From: Macrostomum hystrix
Taxonomy: Eukaryota > Animalia > Platyhelminthes
Length of the DNA: 64,000 nucleotides
Direction: 5' to 3'
NCBI GenBank assembly: GCA_950097015.1
Contig: CATNEN010000005.1
Coordinates: 1,488,001 to 1,552,000 of the forward strand
Part shown: positions 1 through 13,160 of the stretch, one piece after another
How positions within the stretch are numbered: the first letter of the stretch is position 1
How the letters are laid out: every line of letters starts with the position of its first letter
The notes under the pieces: model-generated
What the model was told of the DNA's origin: nothing
What the model saw: only the letters and a program-made list of their open reading frames with translations
Databases searched by the model: none
Position numbers and translations under genes: made by a program

Positions 1-127
1 AAGACTGGGGATCGATTCTAAGGATTAGGAAAGAATGGGGATCGATTCTGAGGATTTGGGAAACTCAGAAAAAGACTAAGAATGTTGAGAGAATGTCAGA
101 GAGTGTTGACTCATTTTGCCAGCTCAC

Positions 128-3100
128 ATCGCAGACGTTGCAATACTGCGTATCATCATCCGGTTTGCGGCCGTGCCATTTGACTTCCAGTTTGAGGTGA
201 TGTACAAATTCGATGGTCATAAAACAATAGACCAGAGATCTCTGCAGAGTGTACTTGATTAATTCGAACAGGCTCTGATCCGATAGCTTCAGATTGCGGG
301 CCAGCATCCAGCTTAGATGAATCATCGGCACGATGGACTTGAAATTGTTCAACTTGTTGAACTCGTAGCGTTCGCGAGCTAGCATGTACTGCTTGGCTGT
401 CAGTGGGCCGACGTTCCAGGCGATGTTGTTGCACCAGCCGATGGCCTGAACCTTGACAGGAATGGGATTTGGGATTCAAGAACTCACTTTAAATATCACT
501 TACGAGATAATATATCTTAACTATGAGGCTATAGGTCTCACCTAGGACACTGTGAATCTCACTTAGGAGACTGAATCTCACCTAGGACACTGTGAATCTC
601 ACTTAGGAGACTGTGAATCTCACTTAGGAGACTGTGAATCTCACTTAGGAGACTGTGAATCTCACTTAGGAGACTGTGAATCTCACTTAGAAGACTGTGA
701 GTCTCACTTAGGACACTGTGAATCTCACTTAGGAGACTGTGAATCTCACTTAGGAGACTGTGAATCTCACTTAGGAGACTATGAATCTCACTTAGGAGAC
801 TATGAATCTCACTTAGGAGACTGTGAATCTCACTTAGGAGACTTTAAAACTAACTTAGGAGACTATGAATCTCACTTAGGAGACTGTGAATCTCACTTAG
901 GAGACTGTGAATCTCACTTAGGAGACTGTGAATCTCACTTAGAAGACTGTGAGTCTCACTTAGGACACTGTGAATCTCACTTAGGAGACTGTGAATCTCA
1001 CTTAGGAGACTGTGAATCTCACTTAGGAGACTGTGAATCTCACTTAGGAGACTATGAATCTCACTTAGGAGACTATGAATCTCACTTAGGAGACTATGAA
1101 TCTCACTTAGGAGACTATGAATCTCACTTAGGAGACTATGAATCTCACTTAGGAGACTGTGAATCTCACTTAGGAGACTATGAATCTCACTTAGGAGACT
1201 GTGAATCTCACTTAGGAGACTATGAATCTCACTTAGGAGACTATGAATCTCACTTAGGAGACTATGAATCTCACTTAGGAGACTGTGAATCTCACTTAGG
1301 ATACTGTGAATCTCACTTAGGAGACTATGAATCTCACTTAGGAGACTGTGAATCTTACTTAGGAGACTATGAATCTCACTTAGGAGACTGTGAATCTCAC
1401 TTAGGATACTGTGAATCTCACTTAGGAGACTATGAATCTCACTTAGGAGACTGTGAATCTCACTTAGGAGACTGTGAATCTCACTTAGGAGACTGTGAAT
1501 CTCACTTAGAAGACTATGAATCTCACTTAGGAGACTATGAATCTCACTTAGGAGACTATGAATCTCACTTAGGAGACTGTGAATCTCACTTAGTAGACTA
1601 TGAATCTCACTTAGGAGACTATGAATCTCACTTAGGAGACTGTGAATCTGACTTAGGAGACTATGAATCTCACTTAGGAGACTGTGAATCTCACTTAGGA
1701 GACTGTGAATCTCACTTAGGAGACTGTGAATCTCACTTAGGAGACTATGAATCTCACTTAGGAGACTGTGAATCTCACTTAGGAGACTATGAATCTCACT
1801 TAGGAGACTATGAATCTCACTTAGGAGACTATGAATCTCACTTAGGAGACTATGAATCTCACTTAGGAGACTATGAATCTCACTTAGGAGACTATGAATC
1901 TCACTTAGGAGACTGTGAATCTCACTTAGGAGACTGTGAATCTCACTTAGGAGACTATGAATCTCACTTAGGAGACTGTGAATCTCACTTAGGAGACTAT
2001 GAATCTCACTTAGGAGACTATGAATCTCACTTAGGAGACTATGAATCTCACTTAGGAGACTATGAATCTCACTTAGGAGACTGTGAATCTCACTTAGGAG
2101 ACTGTGAATCTCACTTAGGAGACTGTGAATCTCACTTAGGAGACTATGAATCTCACTTAGGAGACTGTGAATCTCACTTAGGAGACTATGAATCTCACTT
2201 AGGAGACTGTGAATCTCACTTAGGAGACTATGAATCTCACTTAGGAGACTGTGAATCTCACTTAGGAGACTGTGAATCTCACTTAGGAGACTTTAAAATT
2301 AACTTAGGAGACTATGGATCTCACTTAGGAGACTGTGAATCTCACTTAGGAGACTGTGAATCTCACTTAGGAGACTGTGAATCTCACCTATGAGACTGAG
2401 AATCTCGACTATAATATTTTGAATCCTACCTACGAGACTGTGAAACTAACTTAGGACTGAGCAAATCTAGACTAGCACTAACCCAATGCGGTGTGCCCGC
2501 ATTAATCCACACTAGGTCGCCAGGCCGTTGAATGAAGCGATAGACTGGCACACCTTCGGCAGCTAGATCAGCCAAATCCGGCCACCAGCTGCCGTGCAGA
2601 TAGTCCACTCCGTGCCGGTGGCACAGGCTGTGCAGAGCGCCCCAGTACTGCTCTGGCACAGCGAACCATTCGCAATCTCCGGGGCCGATGTTGATGTTGA
2701 CGGAGCAGAAGCTGTTGTTCTCCTGATGGCCGGGGGTTCGACTTCCAGGCACCTGGACGGTAGTTACAGTCGGGTAAAATTAATTCCACCTAGCAACTAG
2801 ATTTTGTTAGAGGAAGCATGCTTTAATTGAGATACGTTTTGCGGGGCTACAAGCATTAAACCTCATCCTATATTACTAACGGAGTAAAGAAATTAAAGGA
2901 CAGTGGAAAGCAAGAACTTGTAGGAAGATTAAAAAAAAGAGAATCCTAAGAGATTTGACAGGGGAGAGGTGAGACGAGAGAGAGATGAGACACGGGAGAG
3001 ATGAGACGGGAGAGAGATGAGACACGGGAGAGGTGAGACGGGAGAGAGATAAGACACGGGAGAGATGAGACAGGGGAGAGATGAGACACGGGAGAGATGA

Positions 3101-6100
3101 GACAGGGGAGAGATGAAACACGGGAGAGGTGAGACAGGAGAGAGGAGACTGGGGAGAGATGAGACACGGGAGAGATGAGACACGGGAGAGATGAGACACG
3201 GGAGAGATGAGACGGGAGAGCGATAATACACGGGAGAGAGATAAGACACGGGAGAGATGAGACGGGAGAGAGATGAGACACGGGAGAGATGAGACGGGAG
3301 AGCGATAATACACGGGAGAGAGATAAGACACGGGAGAGATGAGACGGGAGAGCGATAATACACGGGAGAGAGATGAGACACGGGAGAGATGAGACGGGAG
3401 AGAGATGAGACACGGGAGAGATGAGACTGGGGAGAGATGAGACACGGCAGAGATGAGACACGGGAGAGATGAGACACGGGAGAGATGAGACATGGGAGAG
3501 ATAAGACACGGGAGAGATGAGACACGGGAGAGATAAGACACGGGAGAGATGAGACATGGGAGAGATGAGACTGGGGAATGTGAAGCTAAAAAGGGATTGA
3601 TCTAAAAACGGGATCTTAAAAAAAAAAAATTCTACACTTCTTTGATAGATGTTTCTGGAGTAAATACTTTGAGTAAAAAAATCTTACTCAAGTTGATTTC
3701 AAGGCATTGATTATATCAATCACTCACCTTCATATAGAGCTGCACAGTGTTCATGCCCAGTATAGTGTGGCCGACATGGCTTAGCATATTGGAGGCCGAC
3801 ACCACCTTGACAAAGGTAGGCAATTTAGTTAGCTCCTGCAGCTGCGGCAGCCATTTCTTCTCGTCAGACAAGTCGCAGTTGGTGCCGAATCTTATCACGC
3901 TTGGCGCCCGTTTAGCTGCGGCCGCGGCTGAGCCGGCCTGACTGCCCACGACACCCTGGGATGTTTAAAGTGTAAAACGAATAGTTACAATATATTCCTA
4001 ATTCGTTTCGTGAGTTCACTGTTTCCGTGCCAGAAAACAAATTTATTAAACAGAACATGGAAGGATAATTTGACGAATTTATCCACCCCCACTTAGAATT
4101 GGGATTAGGATTCTGGATTTGAGGATTTTATCCCGACCTAGATTTGGGGATTAGAAATCTGTATTTGAGGATTTATTTCGACCTAGATTTGGGGATAAGG
4201 AATCTGTATTTGAGGATTTTATCCCGAGCTAGATTTGGGGAATAGAAATCTGGATTTGAGGATTTTATCCCCACTTAGATTTGGGGATTAGAAATCTGTA
4301 TTTGAGGATTTTATCCCCACTTATATTTGGGGAATGGAAATCTGGATTTGAGAATTTTATCCCAACTTAGATTTGGGGATTAGAAATCGAGATTTGAGGA
4401 CTTTATCCCGACCTAGAGTTGGGACTAGGGGTCTCTTTTTGAGGATTTCATCCCTACCTAGATTTGGGATTATGAATCTGGATTTGAGCGTTTCATCCCC
4501 ACCTAGATTTCGGGATCGGGAATCACCTATCCCTACCTCCCCGCTACCTAGAATCGGAATTATGATTTAAGGGACACTCGAAATTGTAGTATAGACTATT
4601 AAAAAAGAAAATACAATCACAAACCTGTGCCTGCTGCTGCTGCTGCAGCTCATTTTTCTCCTCTTTAACAGCCTCCTGAAACGATTGGGCCTGATACCTG
4701 CCGTAGGCGGCGATAGTGGCATGGCCCCTGGGCGATTCGCACATCCACACAGTGCGTCCTTCGGCGTCTTTATTAACATCTGGCGGCTGCACCCGCTGAG
4801 TGCGCATTTCAATCCTATGCTCACCGTTAGCCTCAACTAGGGTCTTGGTTGAGAATAGACTCAGGTCAAGGCGCAGGGCGGCAGCTAGGCCACGAATAAC
4901 GGCCACAGGTTGCTGCATACAGAATCGCATCAGTTCGGGACTGTGAGCGTCCTTCTTGCTGTCTAAATAGATGGAGGAGGTTGGCGGGTACAGCTGATCG
5001 CTAGACAGAGGCGGATATGGCGGCGGAGGCGCCGTTGGCGGCGGATTGCCCTCAGGTAGGATGCAGTTGGTGAATGTCCAACTGCGCTGAGCTGCTAGGC
5101 CAGTCACCTGCAAATATTAATTTGGTTGCTTTGTTAGTTATGACAATTATTAATACAACATCAACCATTATCCCGCAATCAGAAAGAATTGATTTTTTAC
5201 ACCCCGAACTCCTGAACTCCTACACCTGAAACCCTGAACTCCTACACCTGAAAACCTGAACTCCTACACCTGAAACCCTGAACTCCTACACCTGAAACTC
5301 TGAACTCCTACACCTGAAACCCTGAACTCCTACACCTGAAACCCTGAACTCCTACACCTGAAACCCTGAACTCCTACACTTGAAACCCTGAACTCCTACA
5401 CCTGAAACCCTGAACTCCTACACCTGAAACCCTGAAGTCCTACACCTGAAACCCTGAAGTCCTACACCTGAAACCCTGAACTCCTACACCTGAAACCCTG
5501 AACTCCTACACCTGAAACTCTGAACTCCTACACCTGAAACCCTGAAGTCCTACACCTGAAACCCTGAACTCCTACACCTGAAACCCTGAAGTCCTACACC
5601 TGAAACCCTGAAGTCCTACACCTGAAACCCTGACCTCCTACATCTGAAACTCTGAACTACTACATCTGAAACTCTGAACTACTACATCTGAAACTCTGAA
5701 CTACTACACCTAAAATCTTGAACTCCTACAACTAAAAACCGGAACCCTTACACCTGAAACCCTTTACGATCCAACACCTGAAACTCTGAACTCCTAGACC
5801 TGAAACCCTGAACTCCTACAACTAAAAACCTGAGCTCTTACACCTGAAACCCTGAAGTCCTACATCTGAAACCCTGAACTCCTACATCCAAAACCCTGAA
5901 CTCTCACACCTGAAACCCTTAATGCTTCTACACCTGAAACCCTGAACTCATACACCTGAAACCCTGAACTCCTACATCCAAAACGCTGAACTCCTACACT
6001 TCAAACATGAAACCCCAGCGTCCCACCAACCTGATGCAGCAGCAGTCTCGCAGGAGTTGACAACGACACCGATGGTACTGGGGTCCGGCGAGGCAGTAGA

Positions 6101-9100
6101 TTTCGCGATAGTATAACCTCTTTGAGACTGGCCCCGCCGCTAGACGTAGCTCCGTTGCCGCTGGCGCCGCCCTCCATGTTGGAGACTAGGTCGGCGGCTA
6201 GTTTATCCAGAGTGAACTCTGTGTCAACAAAAATGTCATTGACATCGAGCAGTTCAGTTAGGCTACTGATTGGCACAGCCGACGGTGGCTTCTCTTTGCG
6301 CTGGGTTAGTTCGGCTGGTATAGGTAGATTCCAGGCTTCTTTGACTGGTGGCAAAAGCTGATTGCCCGACTGCTGCACTTTCTGCTCGATTAGCTTATCC
6401 GGAATGGAGTTTAGGTATTCCTGAAGAGTGATTGAGAATGGGGATATATTGAGACCACGTTTAATTGCTTGGGATAAATGGCGATACAGCATTCTATTGA
6501 CAGCAAATTATTGGAAGATAGAAGGTTAAGTTAGGTCAAAAGGGATAGGAAGACAAGTTTGAGATAGAAAGGGTTATAGGGAAAACATTTAGGATAGATA
6601 GCTATGGAAATGCGAATATGTGGGATAAATAGATAAGGATATAGCATGACGTTTGGGATAAATATACAAGGAGATGGGATGATGTTTGGGATAAATAGAT
6701 AAGGAGATAGGAAGATGTTTGGGATGAATAGATAAGGAGATGGGAAGATGTTTGGAAAAAATAGATAAAGAGATGGGATGATGTTTGGGATAAATATACA
6801 AGGAGATGGGAAGATGTTTGGGATAAATATACAAGGAGATGGGATGATGTTTGGGATAAATATACAAGGAGATGGGAAGATGTTTGGGATAAATATACAA
6901 GGAGATGGGAAGATGTTTGGGATAAATATACAAGGAGATGGGATGATGTTTGGGATAAATATACAAGGAGATGGGATGATGTTTGGGATAAATATACAAG
7001 GAGATGGGATGATGTTTGGGATAAATATACAAGGAGATGGGATGATGTTTGGGATAAATATACAAGGAGATGGGATGATGTTTGGGATAAATAGCTAGGG
7101 AGATTAGGAGGATGTTCAAGATGCAGTTGTAAGATTAAGTACAAAATGGGGATCGTAAGGAATTAGGAGAAATGAAATGTAATTAACCTGCAGAACGGTG
7201 ATTCGCTCTCTAAGCATCGGGTTCAATTCGCCGCGTTTGTCGACCTTGGCAGCGCTGGTGTAGCAGGTTAGGGCGTCTCTGTACTGACCGTTGGTCTCGT
7301 AGAGAATGCCCAGGTCGGACCAAGCGGCCACGTGTTCTTTGTCTAGCTGAACGGCGCACACATAGGCCTGGGGAAATAGTAAATAGAAATAACTGTGTGA
7401 TATACGGAATAGAATGCGAGTGAAAAACACAAATAATGGTTGCTATGGACACTAATCAGAACAATAAACGGTTGCTAAGGACACTAATCAGAACAGTAAA
7501 CGGTTGCTAGGGATACTAATCAGACGAATGAAATGGTTTCTAAGGAAGCTAATCAGACTAATGAAGAGGTTGCTAAGGAGACTATCAGACTAATTACTCG
7601 TAATAGAGGTTGCTAAGGTCACCAATCATACTAATTAACTGAGGTTGCGAAGGACAATAATTATCACTTAACGAAGGTTGCTAAGGACATTATCAGACCA
7701 ATTAACGGAGGTTGCTAAGGTGCCATAGGAAAATATTGTTACGACACTTCTGCGAAAACTATGGTGGTTGCTAATGACGCAAAATCTAACTAACGAATGT
7801 CTGTTATGTCTAGACGCGAAGTCTAGGCCCCCGTATAAGAGCAAGCATTAAGAAAATCTCAAACCTGCAGAGCATCCATCGGCTGATTCTGCTGCTGATA
7901 GAGCACCCCGATGCTGCACCAAGTATCAGCGCAGGCCTCCAATTTGTCAATGCTAGATCTATAAGCCATGAAGGCGTCCTGTACACGACCCAATGCGGAA
8001 TAACAGCGACCAAGCAAGTAATAAGTGCCGTGCTCCCTATCGAGGGTTAGTGCATTCTGCAGATACTGAACAGCTGTGTCGTGGTCGCCCAATTCGGGCT
8101 TCGAATGATAAAGCCAGCCGAGCTGGAGGAAGCAGAGGGCGCGCAACTCCTTAGTGGTATCCGGCTTCTCGGCTAGCTGACTGTAATAGTCCTTGGCGAA
8201 GCGAACTTTGTTGCACACCTTCGGTTCGGTTGTTTTAATTGTAAGTCATTTTACATCAGAGCCTTGTTGCCACATGCTATCAGTTTATCACACCTTTTTC
8301 TACCTGTTATTAGACCCCTGTTATACCTGCTATTAGACGCCTGTTTTTGCCCGTTATTAGACCCCTGCTATACCAGTTATTAGACCTATGTTCTACCTGT
8401 CATTAGACCTATGTTCTACCTGTCATTAGACCTATGTTCTACCTGTTATTAGACCCATGTTCTACCTGTCATTAGACCTATGTTCTACCTGTCATTAGAC
8501 CTATGTTCTACCTGTTATTAGACCTATGTTCTACCTGTTATTAGACCCATGTTCTACCTGTTATTAGACCCATGTTCTACCTGTTATTAGACCCATGTTC
8601 TACCTGTTATTAGACCCCTGTTATACCTGCTATTAGACGCCTGTTTTTGCCCGTTATTAGACCCCTGCTATACCTGTTATTAGACCTATGTTCTACCTGT
8701 CATTAGACCTATGTTCTACCTGTCATTAGACCTATGTTCTACCTGTTATTAGACCTATGTTCTACCTGTTATTAGACCTATGTTCTACCTGTTATTAGAC
8801 CTATGTTCTACCTGGTATTAGACCACTGTTCTACCTGTTATTAGACCCATGTTCTACCTGTTATTAGACCTATGTTCTACCTGTTATTAGACCTATGTTC
8901 TACCTGTTATTAGACCTATGTTCTACCTGTTATTAGACCTATGTTCTACCTGTTATTAGACCTATGTTCTACCTGTTATTAGACCTATGTTCTACCTGTT
9001 ATTAGACCTATGTTCTACCTGTTATTAGACCTATGTTCTACCTGTTATTAGACCCATGTTCTACCTGTTATTAGACCCATGTTCTACCTGTTATTAGACC

Positions 9101-10664
9101 TATGTTCTACCTGTTATTAGACCTATGTTCTACCTGTTATTAGACCTATGTTCTACCTGTTATTAGACCTATGTTCTACCTGTTATTAGACCCATGTTCT
9201 ACCTGTTATTAGACCTATGTTCTACCTGTTATTAGACCTATGTTCTACCTGTTATTAGACCTATGTTCTACCTGTTATTAGACCTATGTTCTACCTGTTA
9301 TTAGACCCATGTTCTACCTGTTATTAGACCTATGTTCTACCTGTTATTAGACCTATGTTCTACCTGTTATTAGACCTATGTTCTACCTGTTATTAGACCT
9401 ATGTTCTACCTGTTATTAGACCTATGTTCTACCTGTTATTAGACCCATGTTCTACCTGTTATTAGACCTATGTTCTACCTGTTATTAGACCTATGTTCTA
9501 CCTGTTATTAGACCTATGTTCTACCTGTTATTAGACCTATGTTCTACCTGTTATTAGACCTCTTTTCTACCTGTTATTGGACCTCAGTTTTACCTGCTAT
9601 CAGACCTCTGTTCTACCTGTTCTTAGACACCAGCTCTACCTGTTGTTAGACCTCTATTCTACCTGTTATTGTACCCCAGTACTACCTGTTACATTAGACC
9701 TGTGCTCTTACTTGTTCTAAGACAAGAGTTCCACCTGTTTAACATCGCTTTCTCCTGCACTATCTGGTGTACAGATGACAGAACAGCAGCAGCTATTGCG
9801 TACGGCTGTTTAGTCTATGGACAGAGGGGACGCATCACCCACCCCTAATTACCCCAGCTGATGCTAGTACCCATTTAACAGCTGGGTGAACTGAAGCAAT
9901 GCAGAGTTAAGTGTCTTGCTAAATGGCACAAATTGTTTCAGTGGACTATTGAATCGAACCCCCGACCTTTAAAACACACAAACATTGAAACTATTCTCAC
10001 CTCGTACAGATGCGCAATGTGGAATCGTATTTCGGCGCTAGTTAGAGAGCAGGGCGAAGTGTCGAACAGGGCACGTTTGAAATGTCGCAAGCTTCGATCT
10101 AGATCGGCGCGCAATTTATAAATCACACCCAATCTAACGTGAATCTCGTTGGCCCTAGGGAAGGCCGGCTCCTGGTATAGAACCCGATGAAATGCGCTAA
10201 TAGCGCTATCAAATCTATTGAAATGATAATGACAAAGACCTAGGCCGTAAAGATAGGCTGAATTACAATCCGCTCTAGGTTCGCGCTGTTCGTAAACTGT
10301 ATAGGCGCTGAAAGCCTGCTCCCAGTGCTCTAGAAGCAGATGAAAATGACCCAAATAGAAATAAATAGCTGGCGAAACGGATTGTTCAAAGTGTCGCCTA
10401 GCTCGCACAGCTTCAATCTCTTCTTCAACTTCTTCCGCTTCCTCTTCTTCTGTTCTTAGCTCTCGCTTGCCAGTCCTCTCGCGAATCGAAACCTGTTTAG
10501 CGAATTCTTCTGAGTCTAGCACAGATTGCAATACTAGGCTGTCTAGATAGGCTACAGCCTTCTGTAGTATGGCCCGCTTGCTGCCGCCGCCGCCGCCGCT
10601 GCTGCTTCCAGGCGCTCCAGGGAGCGATTCGCTGGGTCCGAGCTTGACAAAGCCAAATGCTAAA
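128..10664 (-). CDS. KDM6A: Lysine-specific demethylase 6A/UTX (TPR repeats + JmjC H3K27 demethylase), partial; 3' end lies beyond the left edge
   Basis: Phase-consistent exons (+ coordinates): 10001-10664, 7865-8218, 7188-7367, 6031-6420, 4625-5107, 3728-3955, 2483-2752, 128-451, all with GT..AG boundaries. Translation has UTX-diagnostic segments: [91 protein letters not shown] (Fe-binding HxE), [22 protein letters not shown] tentative first coding exon at 10842-10855 (ATG GTG CGA CAA AA|GTAATA) fits the phase but is unconfirmed. Confidence 0.96.
540..2400. repeat. 21-bp minisatellite GAATCTCACTTAGGAGACT(G/A)T, about 88 copies, UTX intron
   Basis: Read directly; edge copies are degenerate. 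Confidence 0.97.
2950..3580. repeat. 16-bp family GGGAGAGATGAGACAC with 14/18-bp variants, UTX intron
   Basis: Read directly; the same family occurs at 48770, 50610 and 52030. Confidence 0.95.
4085..4560. repeat. 45-46-bp degenerate minisatellite (TAGATTTGGGGATTAGAAATCTGTATTTGAGGATTTTATCCC...), UTX intron
   Basis: About 10 diverged copies, read directly. Confidence 0.9.
5200..6000. repeat. 22-bp minisatellite GAACTCCTACACCTGAAACCCT, UTX intron
   Basis: About 35 copies, decaying toward 6000. Confidence 0.96.
6620..7095. repeat. 33-bp minisatellite GATGTTTGGGATAAATATACAAGGAGATGGGAT, UTX intron
   Basis: About 14 copies; the source of spurious ORFs on both strands. Confidence 0.95.
7435..7730. 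repeat. About 32-bp degenerate repeat GGTTGCTAAGGACACTAATCAGA..., UTX intron
   Basis: About 8 diverged copies. Confidence 0.85.
8295..9720. repeat. 23-bp minisatellite TTATTAGACCTATGTTCTACCTG, UTX intron
   Basis: About 60 copies; a variant block at about 8315 recurs at about 8615. Confidence 0.97.
9770..9975 (-). mobile_element. SINE family B copy, 5'-truncated (UTX intron)
   Basis: Shares gtacccatttaacagctgggtgaactgaagcaatgcagagt..a.tgtcttgctaaa and gaatcgaacccccgaccttt with 49600-49823. Further decayed remnants lie at about 14400-14540, 23375-23505 and 25500-25580. Confidence 0.75.
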
Positions 10665-12659
10665 CTGTTGAAAGATAAAACACAAAACTAGAATGTTAGT
10701 TCACACTAAGTTGCTTATGGGTAGAAAATACAATATGGTATACAATTAAAACAAATGTTGTGTTTCTTATTAGCTGTGTTTTTACATCTTGACATCTAAA
10801 GTTATTTTACATTAGAAAATAGACTAGCCAGCTAGTATTACTTTTGTCGCACCATGTGGAACAGTGGACATGCAAAACAGAATGGCCCACGGAATTCGAT
10901 GACCAAGCGTTTGAATTCACATGAGAAAGTAAGCCATAGACAACTCAAATTGTCATGCTATGTGGAATGATGAGCCAGAATAGAAGGAACAATTTAAGTT
11001 TTTTCACAGCGCGCACCCATGTAACATCTTTGGGAACATCCTTTTCTGGGTGGCATACTATTATGCTGTCTGAGCACACTACTAGGCCTATGACATCTGA
11101 GTAACATGCAATTGACTCATAGACACTGTCAGTCATCTGTTCATTGGTTGTTAGTCAAATTGTCTCTTGGTTGTTATAAAAAACTGTTGTTAACTGTTGT
11201 TTTAAAAACTGTTTGAATTAAATGTGCAAAATTAGAAGATTGCCAAAATTTTATTTTGTACCTTAAAATTAGACCTCAGTTGTAAATTGGCATCTAGATA
11301 TTTTTAAGACTGGTGCTTAAACTTTCAATACATTTTTGATAAAGATGAAGACAATCAAGTTATTGACAATCAGAATGACAAAATAACAGGCTTAATCAGT
11401 ATTCATATGAAAAATTGCCTGTGCTATATGGATGGGGGTAGGCCTACTTTTCCCAAAATAGTTGCCAGACTTTTAAGCCTATATTTTCTATTTTATTAAG
11501 TAATATATATTGAAGATGAGAGCTTTTTGGCCATAAAAGTTATTTCTTATCGAATCGTGGTGAAGACAATGTCTAGTGGTGGTTGAAAAATGTCAAGATA
11601 TTCAAAATTTGTAATCAGAAATATCTTGGATTTCTTTAATTTCTAGCTAGTACAAATAGGCCCAAGTATAATAAAAACTATACAACTATATCCCATCCAG
11701 CTACCATCCATAGCAAAGAGGAATTAAAAGCAAAAATAGTATACTTTTGTCAACTGTTGTCATATTTAAAACTAGATAGTTTACAAATATTCGCAATTAT
11801 TTTGTTATTTATATAAATTAGTCTTAATGAGAACCGCCTAACTACAAACTTTTGTTGAAATAGTTACCTGTCAAGATCCTGAGCAAGCTTCACTTCGCGA
11901 AATGTAAAATGGGGAATATCAGAATCTATTGAAGACATGAAGCAATTTTGAATTGAGTTTCATTCCTTCTTTCGATACATTTAATTTCACAGAAAAGAAA
12001 ACTGTTACTTCTATATCGAGGTCTTTGACCAATTAGATTAGAGTAACAACAAAAAAATGTTTGATATGCTACAATATTTATCGATAGAATCGATATTTAT
12101 GAAGAAAAAATACTGCTTGTTTTGATTTCTTAGTTCGTGTTGGTCTTGGAAATGTTAAATAATAAATTTCAATAAGAGATTGAAAATGTTATAAACATTA
12201 TAATCAGGTATAACAAAGTATGAACAAAACAAGCACAAATTAACAATGAAATAAAAAATCGCCATAAATATGTAGAAAAACTGTTATTTATTTAGTTTTT
12301 TTACAAACTGCTCTTTTCTTACGGTATTAAAACTGTTTACAGACAGGCAAAACAAAATTTCCAGTTGTAGCGAATTCCCGAGGGATAGCAAAATCATTTT
12401 AGACTAAAACTTTCCAGAAAACCTTCATCATTGACCGTGTTATACTTCTGATACATACTAACACGTGCACTTTGAGGTACATCAAATATAATATCGGTAG
12501 AAACTATACACGGCCTTATAAGTTTGGCCTGATGATATAGGCCAGCTGCAGTCACAGTTGTAGCAATTAAGGACCAATGTAGTATAACTACTGTAGCTAT
12601 GACTGTCTAATCTATGACTGTGTCAGACACAGTCATAGATTTCCGAGCGATTTTTTGTT

Positions 12660-13160
12660 GTCACAAAGGGCTTGCAGAGCCTACAGGACTGTCCAAGTGA
12701 AAGAAGAATCTTGAGGTGTTTTTCGCCCCATGTTGCGTGACGCAGGAGCCGCAGATGGCCAGGACTTGGTTCTGGAAGACGCTCGGCAATTTACCTGTTT
12801 GTTGGCCGCGTGTGGCAATAACGCGCCTGTTGACAAGGATCCAGACCCCGAAGCCGGCATTGCAGCCGTCCTGGCCATGTTGAGGAAGTCTTGCAGAAGG
12901 TCTCGGTCTCGGAGAGTATCAGCTTGGCACTTGGTCAGATGCCATCTGCCGTGACATCATTCGCGTAGCCGACCTTCAAGACAGGGTTCGGCTGAGCATC
13001 CAGGAGGAGCTCGTCGATGACCAATATGTTCTAGAAAACTGGTGAGAGAACGCCGCCTTATGGGCTGCCCTTGCACAGACGGTGACCGTCCGCCGATGCC
13101 CAAATGAAGGTGCGCCATGGCGGAACGATGGCGGACTGTGTACAGGAAGACGCTGATGTG
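12660..13160 (+). mobile_element. Probable decayed 3' fragment of an RTE-like non-LTR retrotransposon
   Basis: GC-rich island with stops and frame changes. Conceptual pieces RILRC, PEAGIAAVLAMLRKSCRRSRSRR and TWSDAICRDI resemble the post-RT C-terminus of RTE-clade LINEs. Recognition by eye only. Confidence 0.4.

Noticed and set aside
10945-11136. 63-aa ORF as candidate UTX first exon
   Set aside because: No UTX similarity and no GT donor in the required phase.
11140-12600. AT-rich stretch that might be a decayed DNA transposon
   Set aside because: No TIR/TSD pair or coding remnant could be identified by eye.
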